Assembly (NCBI GenBank): GCA_965242985.1
Contig: OZ251520.1
Span: forward strand, 860,492 to 924,491
Direction: 5' to 3'
Source: an uncultured candidatus Porisulfidus sp.
GTDB taxonomy: Bacteria; Pseudomonadota; Gammaproteobacteria; Poriferisulfidales; Poriferisulfidaceae
Length of the DNA stretch: 64,000 bases
In this document: piece by piece, positions 20,127 through 30,454 of the stretch
Layout of the letters: each line of letters begins with the position of its first letter
How positions within the stretch are numbered: the stretch's first letter is position 1
Made by a program: the position numbers and the translations under genes
The notes under the pieces: generated by a model
Database searches by the model: none
What the model was told of the DNA's origin: nothing
What the model saw: only the letters and a program-made list of their open reading frames with translations

Positions 20127-20387
20127 ATGGAAAGGGGAGCCGAAAACGATCTGGTGACCAAGGCGTTCCTTGCCCAGGCGCTGAGAGACTTGGAGCGGCA
20201 CATGGATCAGGGGGTGAGGGATTCCGTGAGCGATTCGGAGAAGCGCATGACTCAGCGCTTGGAGAGCACCATCGCCAACGCCCAAGCCAGAACCCTCAAC
20301 TGGATGGTCGCGATCTTTCTCGCGGCGACCGCGCTGGTCGGCACGTCCGTGGGCGTGTTCACCATGGTCGTGCTCGCGCGCTCCTGA
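20127..20387 (+). CDS. Small tail-anchored membrane protein (coiled-coil N-terminus, C-terminal TM)
   Basis: MERGAENDLVTKAFLAQALRDLERHMDQ...TLNWMVAIFLAATALVGTSVGVF. GGAG RBS upstream. Paralog of the next ORF. Confidence 0.45.
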   Translation: MERGAENDLVTKAFLAQALRDLERHMDQGVRDSVSDSEKRMTQRLESTIANAQARTLNWMVAIFLAATALVGTSVGVFTMVVLARS

Positions 20388-20409
20388 TTTGCCGCCCGTC
20401 GAAAGCCGG

Positions 20410-20634
20410 ATGGGATGCGATCCTGTTGCCGGGGCGCCTCTTGTCCGGGAGCCGGACAGCATTGAGAAGATTGTGGCCCGCTGCGGGGACCGCATGGCCT
20501 GCCGCATCGAGGAAATCATTGCCGAATCCCAAACCCAGATCGTCCGGTGGATGGTCGCGATCTTTCTCGCCTCGACCGCGCTGGTCGGCGCGGCCGTGAG
20601 CGCGCTCGTCCTGTTCCTGACCGGACGCCTCTAG
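20410..20634 (+). CDS. Small tail-anchored membrane protein, tandem paralog
   Basis: ...RMACRIEEIIAESQTQIVRWMVAIFLASTALVGAAV. The shared WMVAIFLA(A/S)TALVG TM segment with the upstream gene is the basis. Start uncertain (TTG 20389 / ATG 20410 / ATG 20491). Confidence 0.4.
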   Translation: MGCDPVAGAPLVREPDSIEKIVARCGDRMACRIEEIIAESQTQIVRWMVAIFLASTALVGAAVSALVLFLTGRL

Positions 20635-20707
20635 CGCCGCCGCCGGCCCGGCGGCCGGCCGCGGCCGTTTCTTATAATGGCGGCCCCGCACGCGTGGGGC
20701 CCGCGGC

Positions 20708-21265
20708 ATGGTGCAGCAGCTTCCGAACCTGATCAGCGTCCTGCGCCTGCTGCTGGTGCCGGGGTTCGCGCTGGTGCTGCTCGAGCAGCGCTTCGACGCG
20801 GCGCTGGCGCTGTTCCTGCTGATGGGCCTGTCGGACGGCCTCGACGGCTACCTGGCGCGGCGCCTGGACGCGGCCAGTTCGCTGGGCGCGGCGCTGGACC
20901 CGCTGGCCGACAAGGTCATGCTCATGACGGCGTTCGTGCTGCTCGGCCACCTGGAGCTGCTGCCCGCCTGGCTGGTGGTGCTGGCGGTGGGCCGCGACGT
21001 GCTGATCGTCGGCGGCGCGCTGCTGCTGTACCTGTTCCGCCCGGGCGGCATGGTGCGCACCGCGGCGATCGGCAAGGTCAACACTTTCCTGCAGATCGTG
21101 CTGGTGCTGGCGGTGCTGGCGCAGCAACTGCTGCCGCTGCCGCCGCTGGCGCTGGCGCAGGCCGCGCTGGTGGCGGGCGCGGCGGTCACCGCCGTCGCCA
21201 GCGGCCTGTGGTACGCGCTGGTCTGGAGCGGGCTGTCGGCGCGGCTGCGGGCGCTCGGCCGGTGA
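20708..21265 (+). CDS. CDP-alcohol phosphatidyltransferase family protein (PgsA-like)
   Basis: DGLDGYLAR(x)...G(x3)D(x3)D motif and multiple TM helices. Confidence 0.75.
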   Translation: MVQQLPNLISVLRLLLVPGFALVLLEQRFDAALALFLLMGLSDGLDGYLARRLDAASSLGAALDPLADKVMLMTAFVLLGHLELLPAWLVVLAVGRDVLIVGGALLLYLFRPGGMVRTAAIGKVNTFLQIVLVLAVLAQQLLPLPPLALAQAALVAGAAVTAVASGLWYALVWSGLSARLRALGR

Positions 21266-21963
21266 GCCAGCAGCTCCTGCCGCTCGGCGCCAATCCGCGG
21301 CACACGTTCGAGAACTTCTGCGCGGACCGGCCGGCCGCGGCGCTGGCCGCGCTGCGGGAGCTGCCGGAGCGCGGCGGCCTGCTGTGGCTGTGCGGCCCGC
21401 CGGGCGCGGGCAAGTCGCACCTGCTGCAGGCGGCCTGCCAAGACGCCCGCGCGGCCGGGCGCGCCGCGGCGTACCTGCCGCTGGCGCGGCGGGAGCTGGG
21501 GCCGCCGGCGCTGCGCAACCTGGAGCGGACGGCGCTGGTCTGCCTGGACGACCTCGACGCGGCGCTCGGCGACGCGGCCTGGGAGCGCGCGCTGTTCGCG
21601 CTGCTCAACCAGGCGCAGGCGAACGGCTCGGCGCTGGCGCTGGCGGCGCGCGCGCCGGCGGCGGACGCGCCGGCGGCGCTGCCGGACCTGCACTCGCGGC
21701 TGCGCGGGGCGGCCCTGTTCCGGCTGCGGCCGCTGGCGCCGGAGCGGCACCCGGAAGCGCTGCGCCGGCGCGCCCGCAGCCAGGGCTACGAGCTGTCGGC
21801 GGCGGCGGTGGCCTACCTGCAGAGCCGCGCCGACCGCGACCTGGGCACGCTGTGCCCGCTGCTCGACCGGCTGGAGGAGCGGGCCTTCCGCGAGCGCCGG
21901 AAACTGTCCGTGCCGCTGCTGCGCGAGCTGCTGGAGCGGGAGGACGGGGCGCGGGCACACTAG
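21262..21963 (+). CDS. hda: DnaA regulatory inactivator Hda
   Basis: GTG start overlapping the pgsA stop. Walker A GPPGAGKSHLLQAAC and DnaA-domain-III-like architecture. Classic position next to purM. Confidence 0.75.
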   Translation: MSQQLLPLGANPRHTFENFCADRPAAALAALRELPERGGLLWLCGPPGAGKSHLLQAACQDARAAGRAAAYLPLARRELGPPALRNLERTALVCLDDLDAALGDAAWERALFALLNQAQANGSALALAARAPAADAPAALPDLHSRLRGAALFRLRPLAPERHPEALRRRARSQGYELSAAAVAYLQSRADRDLGTLCPLLDRLEERAFRERRKLSVPLLRELLEREDGARAH

Positions 21964-21973
21964 CCGGCGGATC

Positions 21974-24631
21974 ATGCGCGGAAGACACCGGACGGGGGCC
22001 GCGGCGGCGGGGTTCTGCGCCGGCCTGGCGCTGGCGGGCGGCGCGCCGGGCGCGGCCGGGACGGCCGCGGCGGCCGAGGCGGTGGAGGAGATCCGGGTCA
22101 CCGGCTCGCGCCGCGCGCACCGCGCCGGCGGCGACACGCTGGCGCCGCTCGACATCCTCACGGCCCGCGACTTCGCCGCGCAGGGCCGCCGCGAGACCAC
22201 CGATATGCTGCGCGCGCTGATCCCGTCGTACAACGTAAGCGCGCAGCCGATCAACTCCGCCGCCACCCTGGTGCGCCCGGCCAACCTGCGCGGGTTGTCG
22301 CCGGATCAGACCCTGGTGCTGGTCAACGGCAAGCGCCGGCACCGGGCGGCGGCGATCACGTTCTTCGGCAGCGGCCTCGCCAACGGCGCGCAGGGGCCGG
22401 ACGTGGGCGCGATCCCGGCGATCGCCCTCAAGCGGGTCGAGGTGCTGCGCGACGGCGCCTCGGCGCAGTACGGCTCGGACGCCATCGCCGGGGTGCTCAA
22501 CTTCGTGCTGAAGGACGCGCCCGCCGGCGGCGAGGCGGCGGCGGAATTCGGCCGGACCTACGCCGGCGACGGCGAGCAGCGCCGCCTGGCCGGCAACGTC
22601 GGCCTGCCGCTCGGCGACTCCGGCTTCCTCAACCTGAGCGGCGAATGGCAGGACCGCAGCCCGACCGTGCGCAGCGTGCAGCGCGCCGACGCGCAGGCGC
22701 TGATCGACGCCGGCAACGCGGCCGTGGAGCGGCCGTACGCGCAGGTCTGGGGGCAGCCGGACCTGGACGACGACTGGAAGGGCTTCGCCAACCTGGCCGC
22801 CGCGCTCGGCGGCGGCGCCGAGTTCTACGCCTTCGGCAACCGCTCCGAGCGCGCCACCGAGGGCGGCTTCTACTTCCGCAGCCCGGACGACCGCGACGGC
22901 GTGTTCTCGACCGCCGCGGAATTGGGGGGAGTGGCCGTGCCGGCGCGCCTGGTCGGCGACCGGGAGCCGGGCAATGCCGCCGCCTGTCCCGGCGACGTGG
23001 TCATCGCGGCGCGGCTGAGCCCGGCGCAGCGCCAGGCGCTGGCCGCCGCCGGCATCGACCCCGCGGCGCGCGAGGCGCGGCGCCGGCGGGAGGTCGCGGC
23101 CGCCGCCGACTGCTTCCTGTTCAACGAGCGCTTCCCGGGCGGCTTCCGGCCGAAGTTCGGCGGCGAACTGACCGACCAAGCCGCGGTCGCCGGGGTGCGC
23201 GGGGAGTTGCCGGGCGGGCTGCGCTACGACCTGAGCGCGTCGCGCGGCGAGCACGAGATCGAGTTCTTCATGCGCGACTCCATCAATCCCAGCCTCGGGC
23301 CGGATTCGCCGGGCTCCTTCCGGCTCGGCTCCTACGCCCAGACCGAGCGGGGCCTGAACCTCGACCTGGCGTACCCGCTCGCCATCGACGCGTTCGCCTC
23401 GCCGGTGAACGCGGCCTTCGGCCTGGAGTGGCGCGAGGCGGAGTTCCAAGTGCGCCAGGGCGAGCCGGATTCCTGGCGCGCCGGGCCCTACGCGGAGCAG
23501 GGCTTCGGCATCGGCGCCAACGGCTTCTCGGGCTTCGGCCCGGCGGTCGCCGGCCGCTGGGAGCGCGGCAGCCGCGCGCGCTACCTGGACCTCGAGGGCG
23601 ACGTCGCGCCGGAACTGACGCTGGGCGCCGCGCTGCGCTGGGAGGACTTCGACGGCTTCGGCACCGCCGCCACCTGGAAGCTGTCCGGCCTGTACCGGCT
23701 GCATGAGGCGCTGCGCCTGCGCCTGAGCCGGCACACGGGCTTCCGCGCGCCGACCGTCGGCCAGCAGCGGGTCACCGACATCACCACCGCCTTCGCCCGG
23801 CGCGACGACGGCGTCCTGGCGCTGGTGCAGCGCGGCACCGTGCAGCCCGGCACGCCGCTGGCGCGGGCGCTCGGCGCCCGCGCGCTGCGCCCGGAGAAGT
23901 CCGATTCGTTCACCGCCGGCGCGCTCCTGGAGCTGGGCGCGGCGGAAGTCACGCTCGACTACTTCTACATCGCGGTCGACGACCGGGTCACCCAGTCCCG
24001 CAGCTTCGACTTGGCGCGGGAGACCGGGCCGGGGCGGGCGTTCGCGGACCGCGCCGCGCTGGACGCGGCGCGCGCCGCCTCCGGCCTTGCGGACAACACG
24101 GACCTGGTCAGCGTGCGCTACTTCGTCAACGACTTCGACACCCGCACCCGCGGCGCGGACCTGACGCTCCGGGCGCCGCTGGCGCTGGCGGGCGGCGGCG
24201 ACACCGAACTGACGCTGGCGGCCAACTGGACCAAGACCCGGGTGGTCCGCCGCGACCCGGCCACGGTCTCCGCCAAGCGGGTGGCGCAGCTGGAGCGCAG
24301 CCTGCCCCGGGTCCGCGGCCACGCCGCGCTGCGGCACGACGCCGAGCGCTGGCGCGCGCTGGCGCGCGTCCACTACTACGGCAACGCGCAGGAACACCAC
24401 GTCGACAGCGCCGACCACCTGTTCAAGCACGGCGCCGAGGTGACCGTCGACGTGGAGCTGGGCTGGCGCCCGCGGCCGGGCCTGGAGCTGGCGCTCGGCG
24501 CGGAGAACCTGTTCGACAACCTGCCGGACCGGAATCCCTACGCCCGCAACTGGGGCTCCAAGTACGCCGAGAACGCGCCCTACGGCACCCGCGGCGGCTT
24601 CTACTACCTGCGCGCGCGGCACGAATTCTGA
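21974..24631 (+). CDS. TonB-dependent receptor (paralog 1 of 3)
   Basis: Signal peptide; plug-domain motifs IRVTGSR, LRGLSPDQTLVLVNGKR; ~800-aa beta-barrel ending with the terminal aromatic ...YYLRARHEF. Confidence 0.85.
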   Translation: MRGRHRTGAAAAGFCAGLALAGGAPGAAGTAAAAEAVEEIRVTGSRRAHRAGGDTLAPLDILTARDFAAQGRRETTDMLRALIPSYNVSAQPINSAATLVRPANLRGLSPDQTLVLVNGKRRHRAAAITFFGSGLANGAQGPDVGAIPAIALKRVEVLRDGASAQYGSDAIAGVLNFVLKDAPAGGEAAAEFGRTYAGDGEQRRLAGNVGLPLGDSGFLNLSGEWQDRSPTVRSVQRADAQALIDAGNAAVERPYAQVWGQPDLDDDWKGFANLAAALGGGAEFYAFGNRSERATEGGFYFRSPDDRDGVFSTAAELGGVAVPARLVGDREPGNAAACPGDVVIAARLSPAQRQALAAAGIDPAAREARRRREVAAAADCFLFNERFPGGFRPKFGGELTDQAAVAGVRGELPGGLRYDLSASRGEHEIEFFMRDSINPSLGPDSPGSFRLGSYAQTERGLNLDLAYPLAIDAFASPVNAAFGLEWREAEFQVRQGEPDSWRAGPYAEQGFGIGANGFSGFGPAVAGRWERGSRARYLDLEGDVAPELTLGAALRWEDFDGFGTAATWKLSGLYRLHEALRLRLSRHTGFRAPTVGQQRVTDITTAFARRDDGVLALVQRGTVQPGTPLARALGARALRPEKSDSFTAGALLELGAAEVTLDYFYIAVDDRVTQSRSFDLARETGPGRAFADRAALDAARAASGLADNTDLVSVRYFVNDFDTRTRGADLTLRAPLALAGGGDTELTLAANWTKTRVVRRDPATVSAKRVAQLERSLPRVRGHAALRHDAERWRALARVHYYGNAQEHHVDSADHLFKHGAEVTVDVELGWRPRPGLELALGAENLFDNLPDRNPYARNWGSKYAENAPYGTRGGFYYLRARHEF

Positions 24632-24726
24632 ATCTCCGGGGCGATGCCGGAACTTCCGGGATTCCCGCCCCGCGCGCGTTCCGGTGCTACAATGGCGCGC
24701 CGTTTTTTTGAGAGGATTGCGGGCAT

Positions 24727-27403
24727 GAACCGAGGGCATTCCACCATCGAGAAGCTCGGCCTGGCGGGGCTGATTCCCGCCTTGGCCATCGCCGTTTCCG
24801 GCGCGCCCGCGCCCGCGGCCGGGGCCGAGGCGGACGAAATCGAGGAGATCAAGGTCACCGGCTCGCGCCGGGCGCACCGCACCGGCGGCGACACGCTGGC
24901 GCCGCTCGACATCATCTCCGGCAGCGATTTCTCGCGCCAGGGGCGCGGCGAGACCACCGACATGCTGCGCACGCTGATCCCGTCGTACAACGTCAACGCG
25001 CAGCCGATCAGCGACGCCGCCACGCTGATCCGGCCGGCCAACCTGCGCGGGCTGTCGCCGGACCAGACGCTGGTGCTGGTCAACGGCAAGCGCCGGCACC
25101 GCGCCGCGGTCATCAGCTTCCTCGGCGGCGGCGTCTCCTCGGGCGCGCAGGGGCCCGACGTCAGCGCCATCCCGGCGATCGCCCTGAAGCAGGTCGAGGT
25201 GCTGCGCGACGGCGCCTCGGCGCAGTACGGCTCGGACGCCATCGCCGGCGTGATCAACTTCGTGCTGCGGGACGAGGCCGACGGCGGGGTGGTGGAGACC
25301 AAGTTCGGGCAGACCTACTCGGGCGACGGCGAGCACCGGCAGCTGTCCGCCAACCTCGGCCTGCCGCTCGGCGGCGCCGGCTTCCTCAACCTGAGCGGCG
25401 ACTGGAAGGAGCGCGACCCGACCGTGCGCAGCGTCCAGCGCGCCGACGCGCGGGCGCTGCTCGCCGCCGGCAACGCCGACGTGGAGCAGCCCTACGCGCA
25501 GATCTGGGGCCAGCCGGACCTGAACGACGACTGGAAGGGCTTCGTCAACATGGCCGCCGCGCTCAGCGACGAGGCCGAGTTCTACGCCTTCGGCAACTAT
25601 TCCGAGCGGGAGACGGAGGGCGGCTTCTTCTTCCGCAACCCCGACAGCCGCGGCGGCGTCTTCTCGACCACCGCGGCGCTGGGCGGGGAGACGGGGCTGC
25701 CGGCGCGCCTGGTCGGCACCCGGCCGGGCAGCGGTTCCGCCTGTCCCGACGACGTGGTCATCGCGGCGCGGCTGAGCCCGGCGCAGCGCCAGGCGCTGGC
25801 CGCCGCCGGCATCGACCCCGCGGCGCACGAGGCGCAGCGCCGGCGCGAAATCGCGGCGGACGCCGGCTGCTTCCTGTTCAACGAGCGCTTCCCGGGCGGC
25901 TTCCGGCCGAAGTTCGGCGGCGACCTGACCGACGAGGCGCTGACGGCCGGCCTGCGCGGCGAGTTCGCCGGCGGGCTGAGCTACGACGTCAGCGTGTCCT
26001 ACGGCGAGAACGAGGCCGAGTTCTTCATCCGCGACACGATCAACGCCAGCCTCGGGCTGGCCACGCCGACCTCGTTCCGGCTCGGCTCCTACACGCAGAC
26101 CGAGGAGGGCCTCAACCTCGACTTCGTCTACCCGCTGACGATCGACGCGTTCGCCTCGCCGCTGAACGTGGCCGCCGGCCTGGAGTGGCGCAACGAGGAG
26201 TTCGAGGTGCGGCAGGGCGAGCCGGATTCCTGGCGCGCCGGGGACTACGCGCAGCAGGGCTTCGGCGTCGGCGCCAACGGCTTCTCCGGCTTCGGCCCGT
26301 CCAACGCCGGCAAGTGGGACCGCTCGAGCGAATCGCGCTACCTCGACCTCGAGGCGGACGTCCGCGAGGACCTGACGCTGGGCGCCGCGCTGCGCTGGGA
26401 GGACTTCGACGACTTCGGCACCACCACCACCTGGAAGCTGTCCGGCCTGTACCGGGTGCACGACCAGCTGCGGATGCGCGCCGCCTGGCACACCGGCTTC
26501 CGGGCGCCGACCGTCGGCCAGCAGAACATCACCAACCTGACCACCGCGTTCCAGGGCACGGCCCTGGTGCAGCGCGGCACCATCCGGCCGACCACGCCGC
26601 TGGCGCAGGCGCTGGGCGGCACGCCGCTGGAGCCGGAGAAATCCGACTCGTTCACGATCGGCGCGATCATGGACATCGCCGCGGCGGAGGTGACGCTGGA
26701 CTACTTCTACATCGCGGTGGACGACCGCATCCTGCAGACCCAGTCGTTCGTGCTGAGAGATTTGGTCGCCGGCAGCGGCGAGTGCGGAGGGAATGATCAA
26801 CCGGCCTGCGTCTGGGCCAATCAGGCGGCGCTGCAGGCGGCGCGGGAGGCGTCCGGCTTCGCCGCGAACCTGGATCTGAGCAACGTCCGCTTCTTCACCA
26901 ACGACTTCGACACCCGCACCCGCGGCCTCGACCTGGTGGCCACGATGCCGCTCGAGTTGCTGGACAGCGGCGATTCCGAGCTGACGGTGGCGGCCAACTG
27001 GACCAAGACCCGGGTCGTGCAGGCCGATCCCGATCTGGTCGACCAAAAGCGCATCGACCTGCTCGAGAAGAGCCTGCCGCGGTTCAAGGGCAACGCCACG
27101 CTGACGCACGACGCCGAGGACTGGCGGGCGCTGGTGCGCGCCAACTACTACGGCAACGCGTGGGAATACCACGTCGACTCGAACGACCTGCTGGTCAAGT
27201 ACGGCGCCGAGGTCACCTGGGATCTCGAGTTCGGCTACCGCCCGCTGCCGGAGCTGGAGCTGGTGCTGGGCGCCGACAACGTGTTCGACAACCGGCCGGA
27301 CGAGAATCCTTACGCCTTGATCGTCGGCTCGCGCTATCCCGAGAGCGCGGCCATGGGCAGTCAGGGCGGCTTCTACTACATGAAAGCGAGTTACGAATTC
27401 TGA
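24727..27403 (+). CDS. TonB-dependent receptor (paralog 2 of 3)
   Basis: ~85% aa identity with paralog 1 in the plug region; ends ...YYMKASYEF. Start set at MNRGH because the upstream ATG (24692) overlaps a TACAAT -10 box. Confidence 0.8.
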
Positions 27404-27417
27404 GGGGCGGGGCAGGC

Positions 27418-30162
27418 ATGGGGCCGGGCCGGCCGCCGCCGCGCCGCGCGCGCGGCGGCCTGTTGCTGGCGCTGACGGCCGCGGCCGCGGGCGGGCCGCC
27501 GGCGGCCGCGGCGGAGGCGGGCGCCGAAGCGCCGGAGGAGATCCGGGTGACCGGCTCGCGCCGGGCGGTGCGCTCCGCGGGCGACGCGCTGGCGCCGCTC
27601 GACATCATCTCCGGGGCCGACTTCTCGCGCCAGGGCGAGGGCGACACCAACAGCATGCTGCGCGCGCTGGTGCCCTCGTACAACGTCGGCGAGCACCCGA
27701 TCGACGACGGCGCCACGCTGGTGCGCCCGGCCAACCTGCGCGGCCTCGCGCCCGATCAGATGCTGGTGCTGGTCAACGGCAAGCGCCGGCACCGGGCGGC
27801 GGTGATCACGTTCTTCGGCGCCGGCGTCGCCGACGGCGCGCAGGGGCCGGACGTCAGCGCCATCCCGGCGATCGCCCTGAAGCAGGTCGAGGTGCTGCGC
27901 GACGGCGCCGCGGCGCAGTACGGCTCGGACGCCATCGCCGGGGTGCTCAACTTCGTGCTGAAGGACGCGCCCGCCGGCGGCGCGGTGGAGACCAAGCTCG
28001 GCCAGACCTATGCCGGCGACGGCGAGCAGCGGCAGCTGTCGGCCAACCTCGGCCTGCCGCTCGGCGACGGCGGCTTCCTCAACCTGAGCGGCGACTGGAA
28101 GGAGGTCGAGCCGACGGTGCGCAGCGTGCAGACCGACGGGGCGCGCAAGCTGCTCGCGGCGGGCCGCGACGGCGTCCGGCAGCCGTACGCGCAAATCTGG
28201 GGGCAGCCGGACATCCGCGACGACTGGAAGGGCTTCCTCAACCTGGCGGCGCCGCTGAGCGAACGCGCCGAGTTCTACGCGTTCGGCAACTACGCCGAAC
28301 GGGAGACGGAGGGCGGCTTCTACTTCCGCAACCCGGACGACCGCCCCGGCGCCTACCGCTGGGACGCGCCGACCGGCCGCGGCGGGGAGACGGCGAAGGC
28401 GCGCATCGTCGTCGACCTGACCGACGACGGCCGGGCCGACTGCCCCGCGGGCTCCGGCGTCAACGGCGCGGCGCCGGTCTACATCGCGGCCGAGCTGACC
28501 CCGGAGCAGGCGGCCCACCTGTTCCCCGGCCCGGGCGGCGGCGCGGCGGCGCTGGAGCGGGCGCGGGCTGCCGAGCGGGCGCAGCTGGCCCGGATCACGG
28601 GCCCGGGCAACGAGAACTGCTACATCCTCAACGAGCTGCTGCCGGACGGCTTCACGCCGCAGTTCGGCGGCGCGCTGAGCGACTACGCGCTGGCGGGCGG
28701 CGTCCGCGGCGAGCTCGAGGGCGGCCTGGCCTACGACCTCAGCGTGGCCAAGGGGCAGAACGCGGTGGACTTCTTCATCCGCGACACCGTCAGCACCAGC
28801 CTCGGCCCGGACACGCCGACCGCCTTCGAGCTCGGCTCCTACATCCAAGAGGAGGTCGACGTCAACCTCGACCTGAGCTACCCGCTGGAGGTGGCGGCGT
28901 TCGCCTCGCCGCTCAACGTCGCCGGCGGCTTCGAGTGGCGCGAGGAGCGCTTCGAGGTGCGCGCGGGCGAGCCCGATTCCTGGCGCGCCGACCGCTTCGT
29001 CGCCGCGCAGGGCTTAGGCGTCGGGGCCAACGGCTTCTCCGGCTTCGGCCCCGAGATCGCGGGCCGCTGGGACCGCTGGAACATCGCCCTGTACCTGGAC
29101 TTGGAGGCCGACGTCAGCGAGCGGCTGACGCTGGGCGGCGCGCTGCGCTGGGAGGATTTCAGCGACTTCGGCACCACCGCGAACTGGAAGCTGTCGGGCC
29201 TGTACCGGCTGACCGGCAACCTGCGCGTGCGCGGCTCCTACAACACCGGCTTCCGCGCGCCGACCGTCGGGCAGCAGCGGATCGCCAGCATCGTCACCGC
29301 TTTCGGCACCGGCGCCGGCGGGCAGACCTCGCTGACGCAGCGCGCCACCGTGCAGCCGACCTCGCCCCTGGCGGCGCCGCTGGGCGGGCGGGCCCTGGAG
29401 CCCGAGGAATCGGCGGCCTACGCGTTCGGCGTCGGTGCCGACCTGGGGCCGCTCGAATTGACGGCGGACTTCTTCGCCATCGAGGTGGAGGACCGCATCG
29501 CCCAGTCGCAGTCGTTCACGCTGAGCGACTTCGTCGCCGGCGGCCGCTGCGAGGCGGACGCCTCCTGCCTGTGGGCCGACCGCGCCGCGCTGCAGGCGGC
29601 CCGGGAGGCGTCCGGCTTCGGCCGCAACGCGGACCTGCAGCGGATCCGCTACTACCTGAACGCGTTCGACACCCGCACCCGGGGCCTCGACGTGGTGGCC
29701 TCCCTGCCGCTGGCGCTGCGCGCCGCCGGCGAGTCGGAGCTGGCGTTTGCCGGCAACTGGACCAAGACCGAGGTGGTGCGCCACGACCCCGGCGCCGTGA
29801 GCCGCAAGCGCATCGCGCAGCTGGAGAAGGGCCTGCCCCGGGTGCGCTTCAACGCCGCGCTGACGCACGCGGAGGGCGACTGGCGCGCGCTGCTGCGGGC
29901 CAACTACTACGGCCCCGTGCATCTGTTCCACGCCGACGACGCGAACAAGCCCCTGCAGTCCGGCGCCGAAGTCACCTGGGACGTGGAGTTCGGCTACCGC
30001 CCGGCGGCGGACCTGGAGCTGGTGTTCGGCGCCGACAACGTGTTCGACAACTACCCGGACCGGAATCCCTACGCCGGCGAGCACGGCTCCAAGTACCCGG
30101 AATACGGGCCCATGGGCACGGCCGGGGGCTTCTACTACCTGAAGGCGCGCTATGAATTCTAG
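27418..30162 (+). CDS. TonB-dependent receptor (paralog 3 of 3)
   Basis: MGPGRPPPRRARGGLLLALTAAAAG... signal, same plug motifs, ends ...YYLKARYEF. Confidence 0.8.
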   Translation: MGPGRPPPRRARGGLLLALTAAAAGGPPAAAAEAGAEAPEEIRVTGSRRAVRSAGDALAPLDIISGADFSRQGEGDTNSMLRALVPSYNVGEHPIDDGATLVRPANLRGLAPDQMLVLVNGKRRHRAAVITFFGAGVADGAQGPDVSAIPAIALKQVEVLRDGAAAQYGSDAIAGVLNFVLKDAPAGGAVETKLGQTYAGDGEQRQLSANLGLPLGDGGFLNLSGDWKEVEPTVRSVQTDGARKLLAAGRDGVRQPYAQIWGQPDIRDDWKGFLNLAAPLSERAEFYAFGNYAERETEGGFYFRNPDDRPGAYRWDAPTGRGGETAKARIVVDLTDDGRADCPAGSGVNGAAPVYIAAELTPEQAAHLFPGPGGGAAALERARAAERAQLARITGPGNENCYILNELLPDGFTPQFGGALSDYALAGGVRGELEGGLAYDLSVAKGQNAVDFFIRDTVSTSLGPDTPTAFELGSYIQEEVDVNLDLSYPLEVAAFASPLNVAGGFEWREERFEVRAGEPDSWRADRFVAAQGLGVGANGFSGFGPEIAGRWDRWNIALYLDLEADVSERLTLGGALRWEDFSDFGTTANWKLSGLYRLTGNLRVRGSYNTGFRAPTVGQQRIASIVTAFGTGAGGQTSLTQRATVQPTSPLAAPLGGRALEPEESAAYAFGVGADLGPLELTADFFAIEVEDRIAQSQSFTLSDFVAGGRCEADASCLWADRAALQAAREASGFGRNADLQRIRYYLNAFDTRTRGLDVVASLPLALRAAGESELAFAGNWTKTEVVRHDPGAVSRKRIAQLEKGLPRVRFNAALTHAEGDWRALLRANYYGPVHLFHADDANKPLQSGAEVTWDVEFGYRPAADLELVFGADNVFDNYPDRNPYAGEHGSKYPEYGPMGTAGGFYYLKARYEF

Positions 30163-30231
30163 GGGCGTTCCGCGCCGCGCCCAGCGCGCCCGGCGGTCCC
30201 GGCCGAAGCCGCCGGTGTCAGCCGCCGCTGG

Positions 30232-30454
30232 GGTATAATCCCGCCCGCTTTCGGACTGCAACCGCTTCAGTCCGCGAAGCGAACTGCGCCGAACTGTCTC
30301 ACTGACATGGAATATCCCGCCGCATCGGCCCTGAATCGCGCCTGCGCCGCGCGTGGTCCTATCGCGCGCAGCCCTAATACGGGGGGGGGGGTCTAAAAGC
30401 CTTTCCGCGCGCCGGACGTCCGGCGCTCCGGCCCGGCCGTCTCGGCCGGAACCG
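30232..30454 (+). promoter_or_regulatory. Leader/promoter module copy C (TATAAT 30234-30239, GC hairpin, G11 tract 30381-30391) upstream of the intact autotransporter
   Basis: Shares tataatcccgcccgctttc, ctgaatcgcg-hairpin, c(c/t)(g/t)aatac-Gn and tccgcgcgccgg blocks with copies A and B. Confidence 0.6.

Noticed and set aside
21605-27172. 1855-aa minus-strand ORF spanning hda and two TonB-dependent receptor genes
   Set aside because: Shadow ORF. The plus strand carries clear TonB-dependent receptor and Hda signatures, while the antisense translation is Arg/Ala/Gly low complexity.
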